In this document: positions 28,351 through 38,529 of the stretch, in pieces
Layout of the letters: the number at the start of each line of letters is the position of its first letter
How positions within the stretch are numbered: the first letter of the stretch is position 1
IMG/VR virus record: IMGVR_UViG_3300042860_003432
Source of the DNA: an uncultured virus (IMG/VR IMGVR_UViG_3300042860_003432)
Taxonomy: Duplodnaviria; Heunggongvirae; Uroviricota; Caudoviricetes
Length of the DNA: 64,000 nucleotides
Direction: 5' to 3' (one strand)
Position numbers and translations under genes: made by a program
Notes under the pieces: generated by a model
Database searches by the model: none
The model's input: the letters and a program-made list of their open reading frames with translations, nothing else
Told to the model about the DNA's origin: nothing

Positions 28351-29058
28351 TTATGCTTTCTTTTCTTTTAGAGCAGGAGTGTCTTTTAGTTTTACAGATA
28401 GCTTGTCTGGGCTTTCTGTGCTTTTATCGTGTTTTAGATATGCGGATTTGGCGTCTGCTTTATCTTTCAATACCTTATCTACAATCTTTTCAATCTTGTC
28501 AACGATGCTTCCGCCGAGGGCTGGAGCAACGTCTTTGTTGATAGGAGCATTTTCTTTATCTACTTTCTCTTCCGCCTTTACCGTAGTATCATCTGCTATT
28601 TCAACTTGAGTTTCTTCATCGGCATCATCCATCTTGTCGGCTTCATTGGCTTCTTCTTTTTCGGATGGCTTCTTACCAAATCCTTTTAGACTCTTATCAT
28701 ATGCTTTTTGGACATATGTCTTATCTGAACTTTCAGCATGTTGTTTTACAAGTTCCATTGCTGCTTCAAGAGAAATACCACGAGCAATCTTTCTTTCAGA
28801 TTCATTTGTAATAGACACAACGTCATAGCAATGATCGCAGTTTTTGCTTAGTTGAACTTCTTGGTTGCCTTTCATTCCTGCGGTTTTTCCTGTGCCACGG
28901 ATTTTCATTACGTTGGCGTCCTTGCCCATTGCCTTGGTTAGTGCTTCTTCGCCAGTCAAATCCTTCTTATCTGATTGAATAGGTGTACCAAACTGATTGT
29001 TGGTGATTTCTTGCAATACTAACTTTTTGATGGCTTTTTTTAGAAGTTCACGATTCAT
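28351..29058 (-). CDS. Hypothetical charged protein, possible internal head protein
   Basis: MNRELLKKAIKKLVLQE start; TATTTATA upstream. Confidence 0.7.
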   Translation of the reverse strand: MNRELLKKAIKKLVLQEITNNQFGTPIQSDKKDLTGEEALTKAMGKDANVMKIRGTGKTAGMKGNQEVQLSKNCDHCYDVVSITNESERKIARGISLEAAMELVKQHAESSDKTYVQKAYDKSLKGFGKKPSEKEEANEADKMDDADEETQVEIADDTTVKAEEKVDKENAPINKDVAPALGGSIVDKIEKIVDKVLKDKADAKSAYLKHDKSTESPDKLSVKLKDTPALKEKKA

Positions 29059-29143
29059 AAATGTATATATGGTTTAGTATATAAATATTATTATATAACA
29101 AAAAACCGCCGTATTATTGGCGGTTATGTGTGTTTTTATAGTA

Positions 29144-30793
29144 TTATGCTTCGCAACTCTTGCATTCTAGGATGCTTCTACCCAGTTCTTGGGCAGGATT
29201 TGTGCCTCGTTGATAATAAAGGCACTTTATACCCTGTTCCCAAGCGAATATAACCAATTGATTTACATCTTTGACTGGAGTCTTGGGATGAATCATTAGA
29301 TTGAGAGATTGACCTTGATCAATATACTTTTGGCGTGCAGCAGCCTGAATAATGACTTCCTTCTGACTAATCTCACCAAACGTCTTGAATACATCCTTTT
29401 CGTGTTCTGACAGGAACTCAAGGTGTTGAACACTGCCACCCTTGAGAAGAATGCTCTTCCAAGTATCTGCATTATTCTTGCCGTGCTTTTCAAGTACTGC
29501 TTCAAGATATGGGTTGCGATAAGTGAACTTACCTTTAGCCAAGTCCTTTGTATAATAATTGCTATTCAGCGGCTCGATACTTGGCGAAACTTGACCAAGG
29601 ATGAATGAACTGCTTGTAGTAGGAGCAATCGCCATTGTAGTAACATTACGACGACCATATCCCTTTAGTAGCGGTGGCTCACCATATTCCTTGGCCATTT
29701 CCTTACTGGCAGCATAACTCTTGTCACGAATGACCTTATGGATTTGAGTATTCAGAAGTTTGGCTTCCAAGCTCTCAAACGGAATCATTTTGCTTTGTAG
29801 GAATGAATGCCATCCAAGCACACCAATACCAAGTGCTCGCTGATTCTTGGCGAAGGTATGAGCAGCCTTTAGAAAAGGAATATTTTCAGTTGCCTGAATA
29901 TAATCTTCCATAACCGCATCAAGGAAGTATGTCATTGTTTCTACAGCGTCCGTGCTCTTCCAATCCTCATAATGAAGTAGATTCATAGAAGATAGATTGC
30001 ACACGAATGTTTCTTCAGCAGAAGAACTCAGGCAGATTTCAGAACATAGATTAGAAGCGTGAATCTTCATCTTCTTGTCCTTATATACTTCTGGGGCATT
30101 ATCATTTACATTATCACTGAAGAAAATGTAAGGATAGCCAGACTCAAACCGCTTTTTGAGCACTTTCGCCCAAACAGCACGAGCGTCCTTATCGCCTTCA
30201 ATCATCTTCTTCATGAACTTATTGCTAACGCAAACACCAATGCTCAAGTCTTGAATAGCGTGCCCTTCTTCACGAATACCAAGGAACTCCATAATATCTG
30301 GATGTTCAATTGGAAGATATGCCGCAAAACTGCCACGGCGTACATTTGACTGCGATACTACGCGAGTAACCGCATCAAACATTTCCATAAAATGGACAGG
30401 ACCAGAACTTGTGCCGCCTACGCTAATAGGCGTACCTCTGCTACGAAGATCACCAAAATAACCAGAAGTACCGGCACCATACTTTGTAAGCATACCAACT
30501 TCAGCAGTCTTTTCAAGAATAGCATTCATAGTGTCAGACACATATGAACCATTACAAGAAATAGATAGTCCGCGTCCATTACCAAAGTTTGCCCAAACAG
30601 GAGATGACAATGAATACCATCCTTTGTGCATATAGGACTCAAACTTTTCAGCGAATCCTTTCTTTTTTAGGATCTTTTCCGCAGCCTTGGAAATCTCGTG
30701 GATTCTTTCTTCTGCGGTCTGCCCTTTGGGCAAATATCCTCTTTCAAGGAATGTGATGCTGTCCTTGTTCAGCCAATAAATGTCCTTACTCAT
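29144..30793 (-). CDS. nrdA: Ribonucleotide reductase class I alpha subunit (short form)
   Basis: ISCN, SNLCSEI, VCNLSS, AIAPT, QGQS, LYY, C-terminal CKSCE. Confidence 0.95.
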   Translation of the reverse strand: MSKDIYWLNKDSITFLERGYLPKGQTAEERIHEISKAAEKILKKKGFAEKFESYMHKGWYSLSSPVWANFGNGRGLSISCNGSYVSDTMNAILEKTAEVGMLTKYGAGTSGYFGDLRSRGTPISVGGTSSGPVHFMEMFDAVTRVVSQSNVRRGSFAAYLPIEHPDIMEFLGIREEGHAIQDLSIGVCVSNKFMKKMIEGDKDARAVWAKVLKKRFESGYPYIFFSDNVNDNAPEVYKDKKMKIHASNLCSEICLSSSAEETFVCNLSSMNLLHYEDWKSTDAVETMTYFLDAVMEDYIQATENIPFLKAAHTFAKNQRALGIGVLGWHSFLQSKMIPFESLEAKLLNTQIHKVIRDKSYAASKEMAKEYGEPPLLKGYGRRNVTTMAIAPTTSSSFILGQVSPSIEPLNSNYYTKDLAKGKFTYRNPYLEAVLEKHGKNNADTWKSILLKGGSVQHLEFLSEHEKDVFKTFGEISQKEVIIQAAARQKYIDQGQSLNLMIHPKTPVKDVNQLVIFAWEQGIKCLYYQRGTNPAQELGRSILECKSCEA

Positions 30794-30798
30794 ATATA

Positions 30799-31773
30799 TT
30801 AAAATAGGTCGTCTGCTTGTATAGACTGTGTTTTCTTTGCGTATTCGACCGGTCTCTTATGGAAGAAATCAGTCATAGTATTACCCATTACATCCTCATC
30901 CATCCAAGTAGTCAACTCAATAATGCTTTGCGGCACATCAAATATTTTTCTGAAGCCAATCATCTCAAGCGAATCATTTAGACGACGCTGTACATATCCC
31001 TTTAGAATATCTGCACTAATCTTTTCATCAGCATAATCACCGATCATCCAATCAATAAGTTTGCATTCAGCATTATATGATTCTTGAGCTTCGTGAATAA
31101 TTTTTTCTTCAAGTTCAGCATCAAACAACTCCGGTAGTTCTTGGCGAATAGTATTTACAATCTTTCCACCGGCCAGACCGTGTAGTGTTTCTTCTTTTGC
31201 CGTGTATGCAACCTGCTGGGCAGTATCCTTCAATAATCCTTTATAACGATTGAACCAGTTGATAATATAAAACTGGCTAAATAGAGACACGTTTTCAACA
31301 TAAAGCGTGAAAAGGATCAGCGAGTATATATACTGCTTACGATTGTCTGTATATACCTTATCAAGATATTTACGAAGATACTTTACTCGACCTTGAATAA
31401 TGTCAAGTTTTAGGTTTTCTTCAAACACATCCTGCATTTGTAGCACATCCAATAGTTTTTCATACGCATTGTTATGAATAACTTCAATATTGCCCATAGT
31501 AATGCCAAGATCAGATAATGCTGGATGTGGCAATGTATCACCAAGTTTCGTCCAAAATTTCTTTACAGATATTTCTATCTGTCCGATTGCACTCAAAGCA
31601 TTCTTGATAATGACCTGCTCTTGCGGAGTTAGTTCAGTTTTGTATTGCTGTAAGTCGGATGTGAATGTGAACTCGTTTGGAGTCCAGTGTCCAGCCCACA
31701 TGGCATCAATATATTCTTGTGCCCAGGGATAGCGATTTGGCTTACGAGCGATTTGTTCGTCAAAGATTGTCAT
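30799..31773 (-). CDS. nrdB: Ribonucleotide reductase class I beta subunit
   Basis: HWTPNE, EVIHNNAY, ENVSLFSQF, EETLH, DFFHKRPVEY. Confidence 0.95.
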   Translation of the reverse strand: MTIFDEQIARKPNRYPWAQEYIDAMWAGHWTPNEFTFTSDLQQYKTELTPQEQVIIKNALSAIGQIEISVKKFWTKLGDTLPHPALSDLGITMGNIEVIHNNAYEKLLDVLQMQDVFEENLKLDIIQGRVKYLRKYLDKVYTDNRKQYIYSLILFTLYVENVSLFSQFYIINWFNRYKGLLKDTAQQVAYTAKEETLHGLAGGKIVNTIRQELPELFDAELEEKIIHEAQESYNAECKLIDWMIGDYADEKISADILKGYVQRRLNDSLEMIGFRKIFDVPQSIIELTTWMDEDVMGNTMTDFFHKRPVEYAKKTQSIQADDLF

Positions 31774-31861
31774 AAAAATTTCCTCCGCTTGGTATTATTG
31801 TGTGGAGAATAAATACGTGTTATAAAAAATAAATTATGCAAAAAAATTTTACAAAATTTTC

Positions 31862-33259
31862 TCACAAATTGACGTTTTCGCCATTTTGATTTTGGCGAGA
31901 ACTATTCCATTTATTCTTCAACATCGTCTTCATAGAAGACTCGTCATCTTCCATACCGGACTGAATAGCCATTGCTTCTTTTGACTTAGAATCATAGATC
32001 TCAATCTCGCCGTTGCCGGTATTCATTTTGGCATACAAAGTGATGCCATCAGGACCAAAGCGGTTCTTGATTACGTGACAACGAGCAGTATTGTTGGCTT
32101 TGTCTTGCATGTTTCGTGTTACGCTGAACACAAAATCGGCAGTCATGATCTTACGATACGAGTCAGCAATATTATGTGCCTGAACAACGTCTTCCTGACC
32201 GCCGCTTCGGTTTGTTTGTGAAGCAGTCCATACAGGAATCTGTAGTTCTCCTGCAACTTGCCGCAGTTCTTCATAGATGTTTCCTGCCTCGCTATAACTG
32301 TTGCTGTTCTTTTCCTTTTCCTGCGGACGAAGAATGTCGGCATAATCAACAATCATTTCATTGATTTTGACATTCTCAAGTGCCTGAATGCGTTCAATAT
32401 GAAACTTGAGCGATTGAGCACTAACCGTCTTTAGCGGAAAATACTTCACAAACAACTTACCATCAATCTTCTTGATGACATCTTCAACTTCGCCTTGGCG
32501 ATGCTTGATTTCCTGAAAGTCAATATGTGTAAAGCAGCAATCATATCGTAGTCCAACATAGTTTTCATTCAGTTCAAGCGTGAAGTGTGCGATGTTCTTG
32601 CCACGCTTCATTGCCTTGGCACCAAGGCTGCACAGCAGCCAACTCTTGCCAATGCCAGCAGGGGCAACAACAATACCCAGTTCGCCAGGTCCAAGACCGC
32701 CGTCCATAAGAGAGTCAATGACATCCCAGCCAGTAGGAATGGTGTTGCGGCACATTTCACTCATACGAGTAGCAACGTCCTTGTGATAGTTATGGCCGAG
32801 GTTGCGTTCCATACCCGCCTTCATTGCCTTATCAACAAGACCCTTGATCTTGTCATATTCACCTGTCTTGAGATGATCGACAGACTCAATAATGGCGTTC
32901 TTGAGTTTCTGGTTCTTGCAGAACTCAAGAAACTGCTCACGCACAAACTGTAGATCCTTTTCACTAATCTTGAGATATACACTCTTTAGGTGATCTGTCA
33001 CCGTTGCCTTGAAGTCGGCATTTTCAATAGTATCAACACGCACCTTGAAAACTTGCATAGTAGGCAAGTCCTTGTATTCCGCGTGATATTGAATGATTTC
33101 CTTTACAATCCAGCGATGTGCCTCGTTCTCAAAGGCATCAATCTCTATGATGTCAACAACACGTTCAAGAAACGTCTTGTCCGTAAGGATGCTTGCGATG
33201 ATCTTGACTTGAAATTCAAGACCATATTTGTGTAGATTGTCGATGATTACTGGAGCCAT
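31862..33259 (-). CDS. Replicative DNA helicase (gp41/DnaB-like)
   Basis: APAGIGKS, TLE, IVDYAD, WTASQTNR, KNRFG. Confidence 0.95.
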   Translation of the reverse strand: MAPVIIDNLHKYGLEFQVKIIASILTDKTFLERVVDIIEIDAFENEAHRWIVKEIIQYHAEYKDLPTMQVFKVRVDTIENADFKATVTDHLKSVYLKISEKDLQFVREQFLEFCKNQKLKNAIIESVDHLKTGEYDKIKGLVDKAMKAGMERNLGHNYHKDVATRMSEMCRNTIPTGWDVIDSLMDGGLGPGELGIVVAPAGIGKSWLLCSLGAKAMKRGKNIAHFTLELNENYVGLRYDCCFTHIDFQEIKHRQGEVEDVIKKIDGKLFVKYFPLKTVSAQSLKFHIERIQALENVKINEMIVDYADILRPQEKEKNSNSYSEAGNIYEELRQVAGELQIPVWTASQTNRSGGQEDVVQAHNIADSYRKIMTADFVFSVTRNMQDKANNTARCHVIKNRFGPDGITLYAKMNTGNGEIEIYDSKSKEAMAIQSGMEDDESSMKTMLKNKWNSSRQNQNGENVNL

Positions 33260-33320
33260 AAATGATGATGTTTAGAATATTACGACGCATTTGGAGTTTC
33301 GTCAATTTGATTCAGAAAAA

Positions 33321-34376
33321 TTATTCAGTTTTTGCCATAACGTGCAAAGGATAGAATACTTCCTGCAACCATACATGATAGTTTGGTATAGTGGAGTGCA
33401 TACCGTGTGCTGTAAGTTTTTGTATAAAATGAAACTTGTTGTAGTCATATACATTCTCTACAGCATCAGATATTTTCATTTGCAACGAACCTGCAAAACT
33501 TGGGTTCTTTAGTTGCATAAGCATATAGTTTCTATTCAAGATCTTGGAATGTTCCACAATACTTGAATATATCTTCTTTTCGTTTATACAATCCTTGGCA
33601 CGAAGCAATAGTTCTTCGACTGAAGTTTCTTTGTTTTCTGTAAGCATAGGAAAGCATTTGATAGCAGTTTTGAGTCCAACTCCCTTGACGCCATCAATAT
33701 TATCAGAACTATCGCCTTCTAATATACGATAGTAAATGAAGTTGGTAGGATGAACGCCATATTCATTGATTACATCCTGCACGCCATATATCTTCTTTTT
33801 GATAGGACTCCAGATACATACTCTATCGTTGATAAGTTGAATAAAATCCTTATCACCACTCATTATGGTAATCTTGGATGTTGAATACATCTGTGTGGCA
33901 ATATAAGCAATAGCGTCGTCTGCTTCTATATAATCAATAGAAATTACACTTACAGGCAGGCTGCGAAGAAAATCAATCAGTTTCACCATTTGATTTATCA
34001 TCGCTTCCTGTTCTGTCTTAGGATCGCTCATTTCTTCATATGCTCTATTTACACGAACAGATACTTTACGATTGTTCTTATATTCTGGATATATGTCTCG
34101 GCGGCGTTGGCTTCCGCCTTTACCGTCAAATACTACAATAACTCTTGTAGGACGTAATAGTTTTATAGCATATCCAAGACTGGTAAGAAATCCAGTTACT
34201 CCGCCAACGTGGTCACCGTTTGCACTCAACGTAGGTACGGCAATCCATGTTCTTATAAACTGGTTCAGCCCATCAACCACCAATATGTCGTCGTTTAATT
34301 TTTTAGATCCCGAGGACGACGATGTATTGTGTTCTTTTTTTATTTTATCAAAAATTGATTTATATTTGTTTTCCAT
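33321..34376 (-). CDS. 5'-3' exonuclease / T4 RNase H-like
   Basis: VDGLN, VFDG, YKNNR, EADD, SGDKD, GDSSDNIDGV. Confidence 0.93.
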   Translation of the reverse strand: MENKYKSIFDKIKKEHNTSSSSGSKKLNDDILVVDGLNQFIRTWIAVPTLSANGDHVGGVTGFLTSLGYAIKLLRPTRVIVVFDGKGGSQRRRDIYPEYKNNRKVSVRVNRAYEEMSDPKTEQEAMINQMVKLIDFLRSLPVSVISIDYIEADDAIAYIATQMYSTSKITIMSGDKDFIQLINDRVCIWSPIKKKIYGVQDVINEYGVHPTNFIYYRILEGDSSDNIDGVKGVGLKTAIKCFPMLTENKETSVEELLLRAKDCINEKKIYSSIVEHSKILNRNYMLMQLKNPSFAGSLQMKISDAVENVYDYNKFHFIQKLTAHGMHSTIPNYHVWLQEVFYPLHVMAKTE

Positions 34377-35298
34377 GTTTGTTTAAAATATCTTTAAGAT
34401 ATTGTTTTTTATCCACGCAACTTTCCCAGTCGTGTTGCCAAACAACTACTATATCATATCCGTGGGATTTTGCCAAGTTTATTTTTTCGGCATCTTTCCG
34501 GTGTATTAACTTTACTTCTTCCGTAATTTTGTAGAAACGAGGATCTCTGTGCCAATATGTTCCATTATATTCCACCAACAGATTTTTTGCGGGTATATAA
34601 GTATCGTATGGTCGTCCATTTATTATAAATTCGGGTTCGACGTTATACCCCATCGTTTTAATAATGTATTCCATCTCCATTTGACCTTTTGACCTATATG
34701 TCGGTGTATGAATACCATCTTTCCATTGTTGTTTTGCTATGATAGATAACTTCTTTTTTGTTTCTTCGCTTCTCGGATAACTTCTATTTACTTTCTTTCT
34801 GGATATTCCTATTAGACTATTTCTATGCTTTTCTGACAGAGGAATTCCTTTTTTCGCCAAAGACATGCGAAGTTTCGTTTCTTGACTCCTTTTTTTTCCT
34901 CGCAACAAATTGGCACGTTTTTCTTTTTCTTCGTCCGTCTGTTTCCTTCCCACTATCGTATTGTATGCGTTTTTTCTTCTCAATTCTATAAGTTTTGGAT
35001 CATTGATATACGATTGCTTTATTGCTTTAGCTCTTTTTTGTATTGTTTCTGGCGATGGTTTGTAGGTTCCTTTAGATTTTGCTCTTCTACTTTTTCCACA
35101 CCTACTCAAGCATATTTTCTTTATATTGTTTTCTCCATACTTTTTGTAAATAGCCAACTGAACCTTTCTTCCCGTCTTAGAACCGAAATTGTTTTTTTTT
35201 CTTAATGCCATCATACTAATAATAGTATCGTCTCGTTTGAACTCCTCATATAATGATGTAATTAATTGATCGCTCGGAATAAATGTTTGATTTTTCAT
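34360..35298 (-). CDS. Putative homing endonuclease (NUMOD3-like repeats plus Vsr/DUF559-like nuclease)
   Basis: ETKKKLS-type repeats; YDTY...VEYNGTYWH...VVWQHD. Confidence 0.8.
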   Translation of the reverse strand: MKNQTFIPSDQLITSLYEEFKRDDTIISMMALRKKNNFGSKTGRKVQLAIYKKYGENNIKKICLSRCGKSRRAKSKGTYKPSPETIQKRAKAIKQSYINDPKLIELRRKNAYNTIVGRKQTDEEKEKRANLLRGKKRSQETKLRMSLAKKGIPLSEKHRNSLIGISRKKVNRSYPRSEETKKKLSIIAKQQWKDGIHTPTYRSKGQMEMEYIIKTMGYNVEPEFIINGRPYDTYIPAKNLLVEYNGTYWHRDPRFYKITEEVKLIHRKDAEKINLAKSHGYDIVVVWQHDWESCVDKKQYLKDILNKHGKQI

Positions 35299-35355
35299 AT
35301 ATTAATAAATATTAGGTATTACTGTCAAACATCATATAAATCTATTATTGTGAAC

Positions 35356-35806
35356 CATATGGAGGTATTTCACTCCATATGATTATTTTTATATATCTTC
35401 TTCTCTTGGACCCCAGAGACCATCCAACAGTTCTTGTTCGGCCATTCGGATGCAACTGTCTAGTTCATACATTGGTCCTCCGCGATCTTGTTCACGCCAA
35501 ATCCAATCGCCGTGTTCTCGGATTTCGTCTGCATACATCTCAAATACGCCCTCTTCGCCCTTTTCTGCCAGAAGCTTTTCAAAGTCCTCATAGGACATTT
35601 CAGTCAAAGGGGTCAATTTTACTTTTGGGGTTTTTGCAACCTTTGTCTTCTTAGCTTTAGGCTTTTTTTCTGCCTTGGTCTTTTTTAATTTATTCTTTGG
35701 CTCAATAGCCGTTTCTTCTATCTGATTATTTATGTCGTGTGCATCTTCGCTCATATGTTTCCTTTCGTAATAATAAAAACCGTGTGGAGGTATTTCACTC
35801 CACACG
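35356..35806. repeat. Two copies of a hairpin (35356-35381, 35781-35806) with identical 18-bp core
   Basis: Core TGGAGGTATTTCACTCCA; outer stems CATATG/CATATG versus CGTGTG/CACACG. Confidence 0.85.
35389..35754 (-). CDS. Hypothetical protein with Lys-rich segment
   Basis: Start MSEDAHD after SD-like GAAAGG; the longer call overlaps uvsX. Confidence 0.65.
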   Translation of the reverse strand: MSEDAHDINNQIEETAIEPKNKLKKTKAEKKPKAKKTKVAKTPKVKLTPLTEMSYEDFEKLLAEKGEEGVFEMYADEIREHGDWIWREQDRGGPMYELDSCIRMAEQELLDGLWGPREEDI

Positions 35807-35812
35807 ATCATT

Positions 35813-37033
35813 TTAGTCGTCTGCTCCTTCTGATGCTTCGTCGTATTCAACGTCATCAGCCATTTCAGAGTTAGGAGCCTTATACTTCATAACAAAGTTC
35901 TCAACGAGTTTGTTATAAAGATAGTCTCTGCACTCTGGTCTGTCCTTGAGCAGCTTGGGCAAGTCCTTCTTTTCAAATACAACTGTCTCGGGTTCTTTAC
36001 CTTCAACAGGCATAATGAATTGTAGGTTCTTTGCCTTCTTATCTTCTTCTTTTTCTTCTTCCAACTGCTTCTTTGTCTTCTTTTCACCTGCAACCTTTGG
36101 CTTCTTGGCATTGGTTACAATATCCCATTCAATGAGATGTTCCAACCAATTGCTGAAGTTGTCGATGCCTCGGTCAAAGTAGATGTCAAATTCAGCACTT
36201 CGCATAGGTGGTCCCATACGATTTTTGACAACAGTGCACTTGGTACGAATACCAACCGTCTGTTTATCAGCGTTTTTGATTTGATTCAACTGCTTTAGAC
36301 GTAGGCGAAGCGAAGCGTGGAACGCAATGGCTTTACCACCACTGGTTGTCCAAGGATCGCCAAGTCCAACAAATCCTACCTTTTGACGAAGTTGATTGGT
36401 AAAGCACAAGCATACACGCTGTTTAGCAATAAGTCCTGTGATCTTTCTCATCGCCTTGCTGATAGCAATGGCTTTGCCGGTGGCATAACCATCCGCACCG
36501 TGATCGCTTGCCAGTTCCTTCTTGGTAGAAGCAGCGGCAACAGAGTCAACCAGAATAGTCACAAGACGATTCTTGCTGCTCTTGCGAACAAGAGTGATGA
36601 TTTCTTCAACCTTATCAAAAACATCTTCTACTGTATCAACATTGATGTATAGCATCTTTGGAACGTCTACACCAATGGCTGTTAGAAAATCCGTAGATAC
36701 GGAAGTTTCTGTATCAATGAATACTGCCAGTCCGCCCTTCTTTTGAGTTTCAGCAAGCAGGTGAGCGCCCATAAGGCTCTTACCAGATGCTTCAAGACCA
36801 GTCAGTTCAGTAATTCTACCTACAGGCAATCCACCATTTGGTCGATTGGCAATAGTCAAGTCAACGAGACTATTTCCGGTAGAAACCCAGTCAGTAATTT
36901 GCGAAGGATCATCTTCTGCATCAAGGAAGAAAGCAACTTTGCCGTCGCTGTTCTTATTGATGGAGTCAGCCAATGCTTCTGCCAGTTCATCGCGAGATGA
37001 TTCAATCTCGTGTTCAATAGTTTTCTTTTTCAT
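35813..37033 (-). CDS. uvsX: UvsX/RecA-like recombinase
   Basis: GGLPVGRITE, GLEASGKS, IDTE, DSVA, NQLR, TTSGGKA, KNRMGPP. Confidence 0.95.
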   Translation of the reverse strand: MKKKTIEHEIESSRDELAEALADSINKNSDGKVAFFLDAEDDPSQITDWVSTGNSLVDLTIANRPNGGLPVGRITELTGLEASGKSLMGAHLLAETQKKGGLAVFIDTETSVSTDFLTAIGVDVPKMLYINVDTVEDVFDKVEEIITLVRKSSKNRLVTILVDSVAAASTKKELASDHGADGYATGKAIAISKAMRKITGLIAKQRVCLCFTNQLRQKVGFVGLGDPWTTSGGKAIAFHASLRLRLKQLNQIKNADKQTVGIRTKCTVVKNRMGPPMRSAEFDIYFDRGIDNFSNWLEHLIEWDIVTNAKKPKVAGEKKTKKQLEEEKEEDKKAKNLQFIMPVEGKEPETVVFEKKDLPKLLKDRPECRDYLYNKLVENFVMKYKAPNSEMADDVEYDEASEGADD

Positions 37034-37119
37034 ATATGATAGTATGTTTGAGTAATGGTGCGCCAGTACTCCATCTGGCGCACCATCTTCTCATCATTTA
37101 TTCTACTACTATGTTCAAC

Positions 37120-37944
37120 TTACGAGTTGAACAAATTGTTGAATTCGTCAGCAATTTCCTTAGTGCTGGAAGGAGCCTTGACCGCAGCCTTGGTCGTAGC
37201 ACTTTTTGGTGCAGGAACATCGGCGGGTTCTGCTTCAGTAGTAGCAGCAGTGGCGGAAACAGTCTCGCCATCTTCAGCAGCTTCCTGCGAAGAGTTCAAC
37301 CAAGTATCCATTACAGCGGCCAGTTCTTCGTAAGACAGTTCCGGAAACAGTTCTGTCACGTTCTTCTGGTTCTTGACCTTCTCCTTGATGGCGGCATCAG
37401 AAGGGTCAAACGCGGGAGTCTGATTTGGCTTTACGCGAATTGTGGTCTCGGGGAAGCTCTTGCCAGTTTCTTCGGCAGTCTTGAACTCCACGACAATGTC
37501 ACGACCTGCACGCAGATCAGTAATATCGCCATAGTCAGCATCAGCAATAATGCTCAAGATTTCCTGATACACCTGCTTGCCCATACCCCAGAACTTCACA
37601 CCTTCGTGCTCTGCTCCACGAACGAGAACAGGTACATATGTACGAAGCTTGGGCTCAAGCGAGCGACCAGTCTTCCACTCTTCCTTGTCTCCGCTCTTCT
37701 TGAGCTTGTTGGCAAACTCAACGATAGGATCGGGGCGACCAAATGAAGCAGGAGACAGATATGTCTTACCGTTCATATTATAGTGGAAAAGCAGTTCAAT
37801 GAACGGATTTTCAGGATTGTGAGCATAAGGAACGATTCGGATTACGTTCTTGCCCGGTGTTGGCTTCCACACGGCGGTGGTCTTGTTTTGTGTGCTCTTG
37901 AGCGAATCAAGACGCGACTTAATTTTGTTAAGGTCTAATGACAT
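37120..37944 (-). CDS. Single-stranded DNA-binding protein (gp32-like)
   Basis: WKP..G...IRIVP, FHY, VLVRG, VKFWG, GRDI; acidic-Phe C-terminus DEFNNLFNS. Confidence 0.9.
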   Translation of the reverse strand: MSLDLNKIKSRLDSLKSTQNKTTAVWKPTPGKNVIRIVPYAHNPENPFIELLFHYNMNGKTYLSPASFGRPDPIVEFANKLKKSGDKEEWKTGRSLEPKLRTYVPVLVRGAEHEGVKFWGMGKQVYQEILSIIADADYGDITDLRAGRDIVVEFKTAEETGKSFPETTIRVKPNQTPAFDPSDAAIKEKVKNQKNVTELFPELSYEELAAVMDTWLNSSQEAAEDGETVSATAATTEAEPADVPAPKSATTKAAVKAPSSTKEIADEFNNLFNS

Positions 37945-37974
37945 AATTATTTATTCGTTAATTGTTAATGTGTT

Positions 37975-38015
37975 TTGACCAATTTGAAAATACTCAACTC
38001 GGTCAATGTTGAATA
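37975..38015 (-). promoter_or_regulatory. Putative H-type pseudoknot operator upstream of ssb
   Basis: TATTCAAC-A-TTGACCGA-GTTGAGTA-TTTTCAAA-TTGGTCAA. Confidence 0.55.
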
Positions 38016-38129
38016 CTATGACTCAATAAATGATAATCGTCAATCTATAAGAAGCCGTTGGCTATTTTTTCAATCGTTAATCAGTCATTCGTTAAGTATC
38101 TATAACTATAAACTAAAGAAAGTTTATGC

Positions 38130-38528
38130 TTAACTTATCTGATAAATTTTCATCAACCGTGTTGGCGTGACTTTTATTTTGCCTTCTCTGGCAGTAATGA
38201 ATGAGTTCTTATATTGTTCCCAGTTTATCTGAAATGTATTTGATACTATGCCGTTATTCTGCTCTTTGATAAGTTCATTCAGAGCATTGATGCTGTATAT
38301 AATATTATGTTCTTTTTTACGATGAACAGAAATGGTGTTGGTATAAAACTGACTACCGTTCTTTTCAGCATTATATGTCAGAAATATTTCGTCCTTATTG
38401 GCGACGTTTTGTAATACATACACTTTCTTTTCAAGTATGTTGTAATACTCAGACAACGCATCTATTTCGTTTTGATATGTATTATACTTTGCGAAAGTGC
38501 AAAGAAGTTGTGCGTTGCTGCCTGCCAT
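38130..38528 (-). CDS. Hypothetical protein
   Basis: QLLCTF, HRKKEHN, YSINALN; full-length ORF in operon. Confidence 0.75.
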   Translation of the reverse strand: MAGSNAQLLCTFAKYNTYQNEIDALSEYYNILEKKVYVLQNVANKDEIFLTYNAEKNGSQFYTNTISVHRKKEHNIIYSINALNELIKEQNNGIVSNTFQINWEQYKNSFITAREGKIKVTPTRLMKIYQIS

Positions 38529-38529
38529 A

